In this document: in pieces, positions 24,351 through 32,000 of the stretch
Layout: each line of letters begins with the position of its first letter
Numbering within the stretch: the stretch's first letter is position 1
NCBI GenBank assembly: GCA_026986575.1
Contig: JALSOH010000004.1
Span: 566,693 to 598,692, forward strand
Length of the DNA stretch: 32,000 nt
Direction: 5' to 3'
DNA from: Thermoproteota archaeon
GTDB taxonomy: Archaea > Korarchaeota > Korarchaeia > Korarchaeales > Korarchaeaceae
Program-made: the position numbers and the translations under genes
Notes under the pieces: generated by a model
Databases searched by the model: none
What the model was told of the DNA's origin: nothing
The model's input: only the letters and a program-made list of their open reading frames with translations

Positions 24351-26120
24351 ATGGGAGAGAGAACGATATTCATAGATCCTATTACTAGGATTGAAGGCCA
24401 TTTAGGTTTGAACGCAATTGTCGACACAAATACTAAGGTAGTGAAGGAAGCTTGGGCCTTCTCCGCCATGTTCAGGGGATTCGAGGTTTTCTTAAGGGGC
24501 AGAGAACCACCAGACGCCATCCACCTTACCAGTAGGATATGTGGGGTCTGCGCGGCATCCCATGCGAACGCTTCGGTTAGGGCTAATGACATGGCATTGG
24601 GCGCGGTACCCAAGCCTTTCGGAGTTGTGATTAGGAACCTAGCATGGGCAGCTACCGATCACATATACGACCATCCGACTCACCTCAGCATACTGGCTGG
24701 TCCCGACTACAGCGGGGTGGTAGTTTCTAAGCTGACGCCTTCCGTATATGAAGAGGCCAAGGTCACGAAAGCCGAGAACTCCGATGTTCATGGTTTCTCT
24801 ACGATAGCCGATCTACTGGACGGTTTGAATCCTCTTCAAGGGAAGATCTACATGTTAGCTCTAAAGATGCAGAGAATCGCCAGACATGCCGGTGTCCTAT
24901 TCTATGGAACTCATCCACATCCGAGAACCCTCATTCCCGGAGGTATAGGAGCTACTGTGACTACTGAGAACCTAATTGAGTATTCCTACCGCCTCACTAA
25001 GTTGACTGCTTGGGTTAAGATGGTTGTCGCCGTCTGGGAGGATATAGCCAATTTCTTCAACTCTATAGGTTATGAGAAGCAGGGAATGACCTATGAGAAG
25101 CCTAATTTACTCAGTGTGGGTACGTTCGAGGATCCCGAGGCCTATTCATCGCTGGGAGAGAGTCCAGATGAAATATACGCGAACATAAATGAAGCCGGAA
25201 GGAAGAGATTCATAAAACCAGGCCTCATACTCGAAGGCGAACTAGTCACGGATAAGCTGACCGACATGAACTTGGGCACGATCGAGCTGGTTGACAGGGG
25301 CTTCTACAAGGACTGGGACACGACCTTCGTGGACAAGGATCCGGTGGGCAATCCCGTAGTTTGGGGTAACGCCGAACTGGCGAAGTACCACCCGTGGAAC
25401 AAGACCACGATCCCCAACCCACAGGCTCAGGACTGGCAGTCCAAATACACTTGGACTGGGACGGTCAGGTTCGTCTGGAAGGGCAAGATATACCCGATAG
25501 AGGTCGGTCCGATTGCTAGGATGTGGGCCCACGCCCTCCACAATGGTGGGAAGGTCAAGATTGAGCTTCCACGCACGAACGGTGTTCTTGAGCTGCCCTC
25601 CGGCACTTGGGACGCGATAACCTTCGAGTGGAACCTTCCGAAGGTGGGCGCTTCCACGACCATAGAGAGGATGAGGGCAAGGGCCTACAATGTCGCCCTT
25701 GACGTGGCCGCGGCATGGCATAACCTCTTGGCAGGTTTAGAACTAGCGAAGGCTGGCAAGACCGAAACCTCAAGGCCTTGGAAGAGGCCATCGTTCTCTG
25801 TGGCTTTCGGATTCGACGAGGCGCCGAGGGGAAGTGTGAGGCATTGGATGGTCGTGGAGAACTATAGGATAAAGAACTATCAAGTACATGCCCCGACAAC
25901 GGCAAACCTCTCGCCTAAGGGCAGGTGGGGCAAGACTGGTCCATACGAAGAGTCGGTTATTGGAACAGCCATAACAGAGGAGGTGCCTGAGGACCAGTGG
26001 ACTGGGCTCGACCTAGTCAGAGCAATAAGGAGTTTCGATCCGTGTATAGCCTGTTCAGTACATGTCTTCATCGGAAACAGGAGGATAGAGAAACTCATTA
26101 CCCCCGTCTGTAGCGTATGA
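24351..26120 (+). CDS. hynL: [NiFe]-hydrogenase large subunit
   Basis: N-terminal DPITRIEGH and the L1 motif RICGVCAASH. The C-terminal Ni-Fe ligands DPCIACSVH are followed by a cleavable extension, VFIGNRRIEKLITPVCSV. Confidence 0.95.
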   Translation: MGERTIFIDPITRIEGHLGLNAIVDTNTKVVKEAWAFSAMFRGFEVFLRGREPPDAIHLTSRICGVCAASHANASVRANDMALGAVPKPFGVVIRNLAWAATDHIYDHPTHLSILAGPDYSGVVVSKLTPSVYEEAKVTKAENSDVHGFSTIADLLDGLNPLQGKIYMLALKMQRIARHAGVLFYGTHPHPRTLIPGGIGATVTTENLIEYSYRLTKLTAWVKMVVAVWEDIANFFNSIGYEKQGMTYEKPNLLSVGTFEDPEAYSSLGESPDEIYANINEAGRKRFIKPGLILEGELVTDKLTDMNLGTIELVDRGFYKDWDTTFVDKDPVGNPVVWGNAELAKYHPWNKTTIPNPQAQDWQSKYTWTGTVRFVWKGKIYPIEVGPIARMWAHALHNGGKVKIELPRTNGVLELPSGTWDAITFEWNLPKVGASTTIERMRARAYNVALDVAAAWHNLLAGLELAKAGKTETSRPWKRPSFSVAFGFDEAPRGSVRHWMVVENYRIKNYQVHAPTTANLSPKGRWGKTGPYEESVIGTAITEEVPEDQWTGLDLVRAIRSFDPCIACSVHVFIGNRRIEKLITPVCSV

Positions 26121-26130
26121 GGGGGTTAAA

Positions 26131-26919
26131 ATGGGGCTATATGAGTTCGCCATCTACGACATGTTCACGCCAACAATAGCTATATTTGCGTTTGGCATGG
26201 TCTATAGGCTGTCAAGGTACCTCTTCCTATATAAGAGGACCGCCCAACCAGTTTGGAGGAGAACCTCCTTCGTGCACAGGATATACATACTAATCGACGC
26301 GTTCCTCCATGCAATCGTAGCCGCAATAAAAAGGTCCAAAGTGACCTTCGTAACCGGGATATTCCTCCTACACCTCTTCGGGGTCATCCCTATCCTCTTC
26401 CTCCTATCTCACCACATAGCTTGGTGGTCATATTACTTCCCGCCATATAGCATACTAAGACCATTCGCTATACCGACAAGCTCAACCTCCTCGACGCTTA
26501 CGGTCACCGCGCCATTCACGCCGGTGACTGACATGTCAAATGGCTTTGTTAACACTATATGGGGGCCCTTGACAATAATACTGAATGGAGATGTCTTAGC
26601 GATCTTAGCTATATTTGGTACAACCTTCAAGCTCTTAGAGAGGATAGTGAAGAAAGTGAAGGAGAGGCTCGACAGGATCAGGGTAGGTGACTTTGTCGCG
26701 CTTGTACTACTCCTCGTGATATTAATCAGTGGGTACCTAGCGACCCATCACCTTCCCTCCAACGAAATAGAGACCTATAAGCTCATGCTGGGCATCCACA
26801 TACTCATGGCCGAGCTGCTTGTAATTCTGTTGCCATTCACAAAGTTCTTCCACTTCGTATTCGGCTTCTGGTACGGTAAACTTCACGAAGCTTATGACCT
26901 GTGGAGGAGGGGCCTATGA
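26131..26919 (+). CDS. isp1: hydrogenase-associated b-type cytochrome membrane subunit (Isp1; NarI/HdrE/DsrM-like)
   Basis: Five or six predicted TM helices with conserved-looking His residues (HRIYILIDAFLH, LHLFG, THH, GIHIL, FHFVF). It sits directly after hynL and is coupled to the HdrD-like gene. Confidence 0.75.
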   Translation: MGLYEFAIYDMFTPTIAIFAFGMVYRLSRYLFLYKRTAQPVWRRTSFVHRIYILIDAFLHAIVAAIKRSKVTFVTGIFLLHLFGVIPILFLLSHHIAWWSYYFPPYSILRPFAIPTSSTSSTLTVTAPFTPVTDMSNGFVNTIWGPLTIILNGDVLAILAIFGTTFKLLERIVKKVKERLDRIRVGDFVALVLLLVILISGYLATHHLPSNEIETYKLMLGIHILMAELLVILLPFTKFFHFVFGFWYGKLHEAYDLWRRGL

Positions 26920-28253
26920 TCGCTGTTGAGAAGGCAATAGATGTGGTACTCTCCGATCTTGATTCTGTAACCCTACATTTCCTCGAGTCCTGTGTTTCCT
27001 GCGGTCTCTGCGTACCTTTCTGCCCTTACACGGTAGCTGGACCAACCTACGAGCCAGTTAACAAGGCTGAGGCCATGAGACACATTTATAGGAGGAAAAT
27101 GACCATAGCTGGCAGAATACTGGGTCCCTTGGTTGGAGCAAAGTACCCGAGAAGCGAGGAGGACCTAGACAGAATGACTAATATGGCTTATAGGTGTGTA
27201 AACTGTAGATACTGTTACCAGACTTGTCCGTTCGGAATATATAGCGGTAAACTTGTGATAATGCTCAGGCGAATACTGGACAAGGTCGGTAGGGCTCCTT
27301 CGGTCCTGAAATACCTCCAGACCATCGAGCTCTCGGACAGCGTCCTCATCAATGAAAGTGTCAGGGAGAGATGGGCGAGTATACTGGATGAGGCGAGGAA
27401 ATCCATAGGCAAAGATCTGCCTCTGGATAAGAAGGGAGCCGACGTGGTCTATCTTCCTTGGCTCGTAGAGGCATTACTCACACCTGAAGTCATAGTCTCC
27501 ACGATAAAGATCTTGGACATGGTCGGCGAGAACTGGACTATGCCCTCCGAGCCCCTCGGATTCGAACCCCCGATGGGCGTGATCGTAGGGGATAGGGATT
27601 CTGAGAGGAAGGTCTTCAGGAGGATCAACTCCTACTTGGCGAAAGTGGGTGGGAAGAGGGCGCTCATGTCTCACGGAGGGACGCCGTACATGGAAATGAG
27701 GTTTGAAATGCCCTTTGTGATGAACGAGAGACCCCCCTACGATGTGATCCACGTGACCGAGTATCTGGCGGAACTGTACGAGAAGGGAAAGATCAGGATA
27801 AGGAAGGAGGAGAGTGGAAAAGTGACGTGGCACGATCCATGCAAGCTGGCCAGAGGAAGCGGTGTAGTGGAGCAGCCTAGGATCTTGGTCAAGGCGTCCA
27901 CCACTAACTACGAGGACCTACCCCATGGCACGGGAATGTACTCCCATTGCTGTGGGGGTGGCTCCGGCATCGCCCTCATAACCTGCGATGGTAGGAAGCT
28001 GGTGGAGGAGTTCACAAGAGAGAAGATAAAACCTGCCGAATGGGAGGAGAAGATCTGCCCTCCACTCGAGGAGGACTACAAGAAGGCCATAAAGCAGAAG
28101 ATAGATGAGATCTCCGAGATAAACGCCAACATTGTGGTTACCGGATGCTCGACCTGCATTTACAACATAAACAAAGGGGCGACCCTTTACGACAGGGACT
28201 TCCAGGCCATTCACATCGTTCAGTACCTCTTGGACAAGATTGAGGTAACCTAA
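26916..28253 (+). CDS. isp2: HdrD/DsrK-like iron-sulfur protein (Isp2)
   Basis: Two ferredoxin-type motifs, CVSCGLCVPFCP and CVNCRYCYQTCP. CCG-domain signatures are HDPCKLARG and HCCGGGSG, plus a C-terminal VTGCSTC. I prefer ATG 26916 (ATGA overlap with the isp1 stop) over GTG 26901. Confidence 0.85.
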   Translation: MIAVEKAIDVVLSDLDSVTLHFLESCVSCGLCVPFCPYTVAGPTYEPVNKAEAMRHIYRRKMTIAGRILGPLVGAKYPRSEEDLDRMTNMAYRCVNCRYCYQTCPFGIYSGKLVIMLRRILDKVGRAPSVLKYLQTIELSDSVLINESVRERWASILDEARKSIGKDLPLDKKGADVVYLPWLVEALLTPEVIVSTIKILDMVGENWTMPSEPLGFEPPMGVIVGDRDSERKVFRRINSYLAKVGGKRALMSHGGTPYMEMRFEMPFVMNERPPYDVIHVTEYLAELYEKGKIRIRKEESGKVTWHDPCKLARGSGVVEQPRILVKASTTNYEDLPHGTGMYSHCCGGGSGIALITCDGRKLVEEFTREKIKPAEWEEKICPPLEEDYKKAIKQKIDEISEINANIVVTGCSTCIYNINKGATLYDRDFQAIHIVQYLLDKIEVT

Positions 28254-28271
28254 ACCTCCTCCCCTATTTTA

Positions 28272-29003
28272 GTGATCCGCATGGATCTAAAGGATCTGAC
28301 AAGGTTCTTGGGAAGACTGGCAGGGCAGGTGAATGAGCTGGAAGAATCGGTAAAGCAAGGTCTCATGAGGAGGCTGGGGATCGATAAACTCCTCCTCTAC
28401 AACATGCCAAATGCCGAGAGGGAGGACGTTAATGAATTGGAGGAGGAGGTCAAGAGGGCTCTGGGTGGAGAATCACTGGAAGAGGCTATAAGAAATGCCC
28501 TCAGCGCGGAGAAGAGACGCAGGGTCAGAATGGGCGGGAGAAGGCTGGCGATCATCTTCTCGGGCGGCGAGTTTGAGGGCGATAGGTCGATACCCTTGGC
28601 AATAATGGAGAGGATTGAGGTGAAGGGAAATGCCAGGAAATTCGACGCGAGTTCCTACCCCTTGGCTACCCTTCAAGAGGTCGTGGAGTTCGATCCTGAT
28701 GTGGTGGTTATAGTCTCAGTCGAGCGCGGTGAGGGGATGTCTCTCGTGACGGAGCGCATAGACTTAGAGGCCCCGGCAGATAACTTGAAAGCCAGTGACA
28801 TGATTGCCCCTCCCCTGCTGGGGGTCAACGATCCCGATTCTCTTGCCTCTGCTCTCGTCGCGATGATGGGAGCTAGGGAAGTCTGGAAGATCGTGTGCCA
28901 CTCACCTCACATGGAGGGGGATGGCGTCTCGGGAGTGGGCAGGAAGTGCTCAGAGGATCTGCAGAGGAGTCTGGAGAAGCTAATAAGGGAGCTAGGATTC
29001 TGA
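28272..29003 (+). CDS. uncharacterised hydrogenase-operon protein: helical repeat-containing N-terminal extension plus a degenerate maturation-endopeptidase-like domain
   Basis: ORF of 243 aa embedded in the operon. Residues ~90-243 align by eye with the downstream protease but lack its signature residues (see findings). The start is GTG 28272 or ATG 28281. Confidence 0.6.
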   Translation: MIRMDLKDLTRFLGRLAGQVNELEESVKQGLMRRLGIDKLLLYNMPNAEREDVNELEEEVKRALGGESLEEAIRNALSAEKRRRVRMGGRRLAIIFSGGEFEGDRSIPLAIMERIEVKGNARKFDASSYPLATLQEVVEFDPDVVVIVSVERGEGMSLVTERIDLEAPADNLKASDMIAPPLLGVNDPDSLASALVAMMGAREVWKIVCHSPHMEGDGVSGVGRKCSEDLQRSLEKLIRELGF

Positions 29004-29536
29004 TCTTGGGAATAGGGAACAGGCTCCTCACCGATGATGGCGTGGGATCCTGCTTCGCCGAGGCTCTATCCATCTTCGACCTCCCCGAGTGGATAGAAGT
29101 TATCGATGGGGGCTTGGGAGGGCTCAACCTGATAGACTACATGGAGGGGAAGGAGATCCTCTTTTTAGTGGATGCCCTTGACCCACGAGATGGAGAACCG
29201 GGCCAGGCGAAGCTCTTCAAAGTGAATCCCAAGGCGGTCGAGCCGACTGAAGCTATTAGAATGCTGGTTGAAGCTGGGAGCCATGGAGTGGTTCCAGAAC
29301 TACTGGTGGCAGCTGCCGATGCTATGGGCTACCTTCCTAGAGAGTCCTATGTGCTTGGAATAGTACCCTGCCTAATCGACCTGGGAGATGGGATAACTAC
29401 GCCAGCCGCCCGAGGTTGTTTAAAGGCCCTCCATGTACTCAAGGAAACGCTCTCAAAGAAGGGTTTCCCTCTTCCAGTTGATGATCACCGTTTTAAGGAA
29501 AGGTTGAGGGAGATATGTCTTGAGATCGATTGTTGA
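28946..29536 (+). CDS. [NiFe]-hydrogenase maturation endopeptidase (HyaD/HybD/HoxM family); start codon uncertain
   Basis: Signature ILILGIGNRLLTDDGVGS, then FLVDALD and GSHG. The conserved core begins at nt 28991. Candidate starts are ATG 28895, GTG 28946, or a non-canonical ATT/CTG/TTG at 28997-29006. Confidence 0.85.
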   Translation: MLRGSAEESGEANKGARILILGIGNRLLTDDGVGSCFAEALSIFDLPEWIEVIDGGLGGLNLIDYMEGKEILFLVDALDPRDGEPGQAKLFKVNPKAVEPTEAIRMLVEAGSHGVVPELLVAAADAMGYLPRESYVLGIVPCLIDLGDGITTPAARGCLKALHVLKETLSKKGFPLPVDDHRFKERLREICLEIDC

Positions 29537-29545
29537 GGTGATCGT

Positions 29546-29977
29546 GTGCACGAATGGTCGCTAGCAGATGCCGTCGTCAGATCGCTCTTGGGGTTTATGG
29601 CCTCCGAGGGACTAAACTCAATTAAGGAAGTGGAGGTCACTTGGGGAGAGATATTAGAGCTCGATACTGGGATATTCGAACAGGCCTTTCATGAACTAAC
29701 TAAGGGAACTCCACTGGAGGGGGTGAAATTAGTTCTAAGGGAGGAGAAAGCATACTTCAAATGCAACTCCTGCGGTGCAGAGTGGGACTTCAAGACCGCT
29801 GATGAAATACTCTCTAGGGAGTTCGAGATAGTAGAAGAACCAGCAGGTGCGAGGGAAAGCCCACTCCACTTCCTGCCTGACCTAGCTAGGACGCTCCTGA
29901 GGTGCCCCAAGTGCGGTAGCAGGGACTTCGACCTGATTAGCGGTAAGGACTTGAGGGTATCTAAGGTGGTGGCGTGA
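29546..29977 (+). CDS. hypA: hydrogenase nickel-insertion protein HypA
   Basis: A GTG start gives the MHEWS Ni-binding N-terminus. The zinc motifs CNSCG and CPKCG are separated by a long insert, as in the Thermococcus-type HypA. A strong SD GAGGTGAT lies upstream. Confidence 0.92.
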   Translation: MHEWSLADAVVRSLLGFMASEGLNSIKEVEVTWGEILELDTGIFEQAFHELTKGTPLEGVKLVLREEKAYFKCNSCGAEWDFKTADEILSREFEIVEEPAGARESPLHFLPDLARTLLRCPKCGSRDFDLISGKDLRVSKVVA

Positions 29978-30750
29978 TGCGAGCCCCTGATGTACTACAG
30001 GATGAGGCCCTCAGGAGGATCTTAAGGGCGGAGAGGCTTCTAATGATTGCATCAGGGAAAGGAGGCGTTGGTAAGAGCCTCATCTCCAGGGCACTCGCCT
30101 CCACCCTGTCGGAGATGGGAAGAAAGGTAGGTCTGCTGGATTTGGATGTGCATGGGCCCTCGATCCACCAGATGTTCCGATCTGAGCGCCTCATCAAGGC
30201 GACAAAGCATGGACTCGAGCCCCTGAAGATCGACGGACTCGAACTCATGTCACTGGGTTACATAGTTAGGGACTCGCCGGTTCCGCTCGGGGGCGAGGAC
30301 AAGATGTCCCTCCTGAAGATGATGGTGGCCCTGACCGATTGGAGCCCCTTGGACTATCTGGTGGTTGATCTGCCCCCGGGAACCGGAGATGAGATGATAC
30401 TGGCGATTAGAGCCCTCAGGAGGCATCCTAAGTCTGGCACGGTCCTAGTCACGCTGCCCTCCAAGCTCTCGCTCTCCGTCGTCAAGAGAGCCCTAGACCT
30501 GCTGAGGGACGAGGGTGCGAGGGTCTTGGGGATCATAGAGAACATGGCCTATATCAGATGCGGCGGAGACATCGTGAGGCCCTTCGGTTCCTTGGACTAC
30601 TCCTCACTCGGTGCTGATCTGCTGGGAAGCCTCCCCCTAGATCCGGCTGTCGAGGAAGCGCTCGCCTCAGGGAAACCACCGCACAAGGCCTCGAAGGAGG
30701 TGATGGAGGCTATCTCGGCTATAGCCTCTAGGATCGAGGTGATGATGTGA
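29974..30750 (+). CDS. hypB: Mrp/MinD-family ATPase, probable ATPase-type HypB
   Basis: Deviant Walker A ASGKGGVGKS and Walker B-like LVVDLPPGTGD. It sits between hypA and hypC, and no GTPase-type HypB is present in the cluster. The start is GTG 29974 or ATG 29977. Confidence 0.8.
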   Translation: MMRAPDVLQDEALRRILRAERLLMIASGKGGVGKSLISRALASTLSEMGRKVGLLDLDVHGPSIHQMFRSERLIKATKHGLEPLKIDGLELMSLGYIVRDSPVPLGGEDKMSLLKMMVALTDWSPLDYLVVDLPPGTGDEMILAIRALRRHPKSGTVLVTLPSKLSLSVVKRALDLLRDEGARVLGIIENMAYIRCGGDIVRPFGSLDYSSLGADLLGSLPLDPAVEEALASGKPPHKASKEVMEAISAIASRIEVMM

Positions 30751-30974
30751 TGTGCCTGGGGATACCAGGGAAGGTGGTTGAGGTCAGGGAGAGGACCGCC
30801 ATAGTGGACTTCGGCGGGGTGCTCAGGGAGGTCGACGCGACTTTAGAGGAGGTGAATCTAGGGGACTATGTGATAGTCCACGTGGGAGTGATAATCTCGA
30901 AGATTGATCCCGAAACGGCCAGGGAGACGATAGAAGCTTGGGAAGAGATGATAAAGGCGCTAGAGGGATCTTAA
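30750..30974 (+). CDS. hypC: hydrogenase assembly chaperone HypC
   Basis: MCLGIPGKVVEV. The functional N-terminus requires Cys2, so I choose ATG 30750 rather than the ORF-track GTG 30747. Size is 74 aa. Confidence 0.92.
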   Translation: MCLGIPGKVVEVRERTAIVDFGGVLREVDATLEEVNLGDYVIVHVGVIISKIDPETARETIEAWEEMIKALEGS

Positions 30975-32000
30975 TGACGGAAGAAGAGGTCAGACTAGCC
31001 CATGGATCCGGTGGTAAAGAGACGCAAGAGCTCCTGAACGAGGTAATCCTCTCCCTATTGGGAGAGGGGATGAAGAAGGTTGAAGGCGGCGTGGGCACCG
31101 ACGAGCTGGACGATGGTGCCGCGATACCTATCCCAGGAGGATACGCTGTCATCACAGTGGATTCCTACACCGTGAAACCCCACTTCTTCCCGGGAGGCGA
31201 TATAGGCAAGTTGGCCGCCTCGGGCACGATAAACGACCTGCTGATGATGGGCGCCAAGCCCTTGGCGATACTCGACTCGATAGTCGTTGAGGAGGGATTC
31301 CCCCTAGAAGATCTGAGGAGAATAACGGGAAGCATGATCGACACGCTTAAGCGGGTGGGTGTCAAGCTCGTGGGCGGTGATGTGAAGGTAATCCCCAAGG
31401 GCGGACTCGACGGTATAGTGATTACAACTACTGGCCTGGGTTTCGCCGAGAGGATAATAGTGGACTCCAATCTCAGGCCGGGGGACAAGATCATAGTCAG
31501 CGGGACGGTGGGAGATCATGGCGCCGCTATACTCGCAGCTCAGGAAGGATTGGAGGTGGAAGGAGGGATAGAGAGCGACGTAGCGCCCCTGCACGACCTC
31601 ATGATACCTCTCATGGAGAAGTATGGGTCAGCCATACATGCTGCCCAAGACCCCACCCGAGGAGGACTGGCTCAGATCCTCAACGAGTGGGCGTCCAAAA
31701 CTGGTTACCTCATAGCAGTGGAGGAGGGAAGGATACCCATCGCGGAGGGGGTGAGGGCCTTCACAGAGCTGCTTGGTGTGGATCCTCTCACCCTAGCATG
31801 CGAGGGGAAGACTGTCTTGGGGGTATCCGGGGACGAGGCCGAGGACATCCTCAGCGTGATGAGGGACTTGGGTTTCGAGGACGCATCGATAATAGGTGAG
31901 GTTAGAGAGAGCGACAGATACGGTGGGATGGTTGTCATGAAAGCAATTACAGGCGGATTGAGGATATTAGAACCCCCATCAGGTGTTATCGTTCCTAGAA
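30974..32000 (+). CDS. hypE: hydrogenase maturation protein HypE (3' end runs past the window, nearly complete)
   Basis: Not in the supplied ORF track because no stop codon lies inside the window. My translation from ATG 30974 (TAATG overlap with the hypC stop) reads MTEEEVRLAHGSGGKETQELL...DDGAAI...GGDVKV...DPTRGGLAQ...ILEPPSGVIVPR, a PurM/AIR-synthase-like HypE. Confidence 0.92.
   Translation, partial: MTEEEVRLAHGSGGKETQELLNEVILSLLGEGMKKVEGGVGTDELDDGAAIPIPGGYAVITVDSYTVKPHFFPGGDIGKLAASGTINDLLMMGAKPLAILDSIVVEEGFPLEDLRRITGSMIDTLKRVGVKLVGGDVKVIPKGGLDGIVITTTGLGFAERIIVDSNLRPGDKIIVSGTVGDHGAAILAAQEGLEVEGGIESDVAPLHDLMIPLMEKYGSAIHAAQDPTRGGLAQILNEWASKTGYLIAVEEGRIPIAEGVRAFTELLGVDPLTLACEGKTVLGVSGDEAEDILSVMRDLGFEDASIIGEVRESDRYGGMVVMKAITGGLRILEPPSGVIVPR

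Noticed and set aside
25242-25905. Several 78-159 aa minus-strand ORFs inside hynL; similar ones occur inside hypF, hynS and isp2
   Set aside because: They are shadow frames of strongly supported genes. Their Arg/Pro/Ser-rich translations contain no motifs.
26037-26063. Possibility of a [NiFeSe] (selenocysteine) large subunit
   Set aside because: The C-terminal motif is DPCIACSVH with ordinary TGT Cys codons and no in-frame TGA.
28986-29003. Programmed -1 ribosomal frameshift joining the pseudo-protease and protease ORFs
   Set aside because: There is no X XXY YYZ slippery heptamer and no obvious downstream stimulatory structure at the junction. Overlap or non-canonical initiation is more parsimonious.
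1-32000. Search for tRNA, rRNA, IS elements, integrases or long terminal or direct repeats bounding the AT-rich islands
   Set aside because: By eye I found no T-loop/cloverleaf candidates, no transposase or integrase motifs, and no long repeats shared between the AT-rich regions (743-1458, 12981-14487, 22753-23092). A computational repeat and tRNA scan would be needed to be certain.

Overview
This is an archaeal chromosomal window of about 37 protein genes, with no rRNA, tRNA, CRISPR array, transposase or integrase that I can see. The archaeal assignment rests on a GHMP-type shikimate kinase, a type II 3-dehydroquinate synthase, XPD, an Arch_ATPase, an ATPase-type HypB, TATA-like boxes 25-30 nt upstream of first genes, and GAGGTGAT-type Shine-Dalgarno sites inside operons. 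Codon usage (AGG/AGA Arg, ATA Ile) suggests a thermophile of the Korarchaeota/Thermoproteota type, but I cannot confirm this without a database search. Left half (1-16.7 kb): two orphan ORFs in AT-rich DNA, an MNT/HEPN toxin-antitoxin pair, XPD helicase and a DUF554 membrane protein. It also holds scattered shikimate-pathway genes (aroK, aroE, aroB'), a core-MetE-like zinc methyltransferase translationally coupled to a RACo-type corrinoid activator, and an Arch_ATPase preceded by a striking tandem palindromic repeat. Further along are a YbjN-like protein, YjjX NTPase, a MobB-like protein with a degenerate P-loop, a second AT-rich island encoding two secreted or membrane orphan proteins, two small orphan proteins, a CBS protein and a ModE-HTH/PBP regulator. 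Right half (16.8-32 kb): a self-contained membrane-bound [NiFe]-hydrogenase supercluster. On the minus strand it reads hypF-hypD-cbiM/N/Q/O (probable Ni uptake). Divergently on the plus strand it reads hynS-hynL-isp1-isp2, an uncharacterised degenerate endopeptidase paralogue, the endopeptidase, then hypA, Mrp-type hypB, hypC and hypE. hypE runs off the window and is therefore absent from the supplied ORF track. The most interesting items follow:
- the pseudo-protease paralogue and its odd junction with the real protease
- a non-canonical proximal Fe-S motif (CxxN plus CAC) in the small subunit
- the tandem 18-bp palindromic operator-like repeat abutting the ATPase start codon
- the MetE-like/RACo coupling
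- the two AT-rich orphan islands
All product calls come from by-eye motif recognition. No searches were run.
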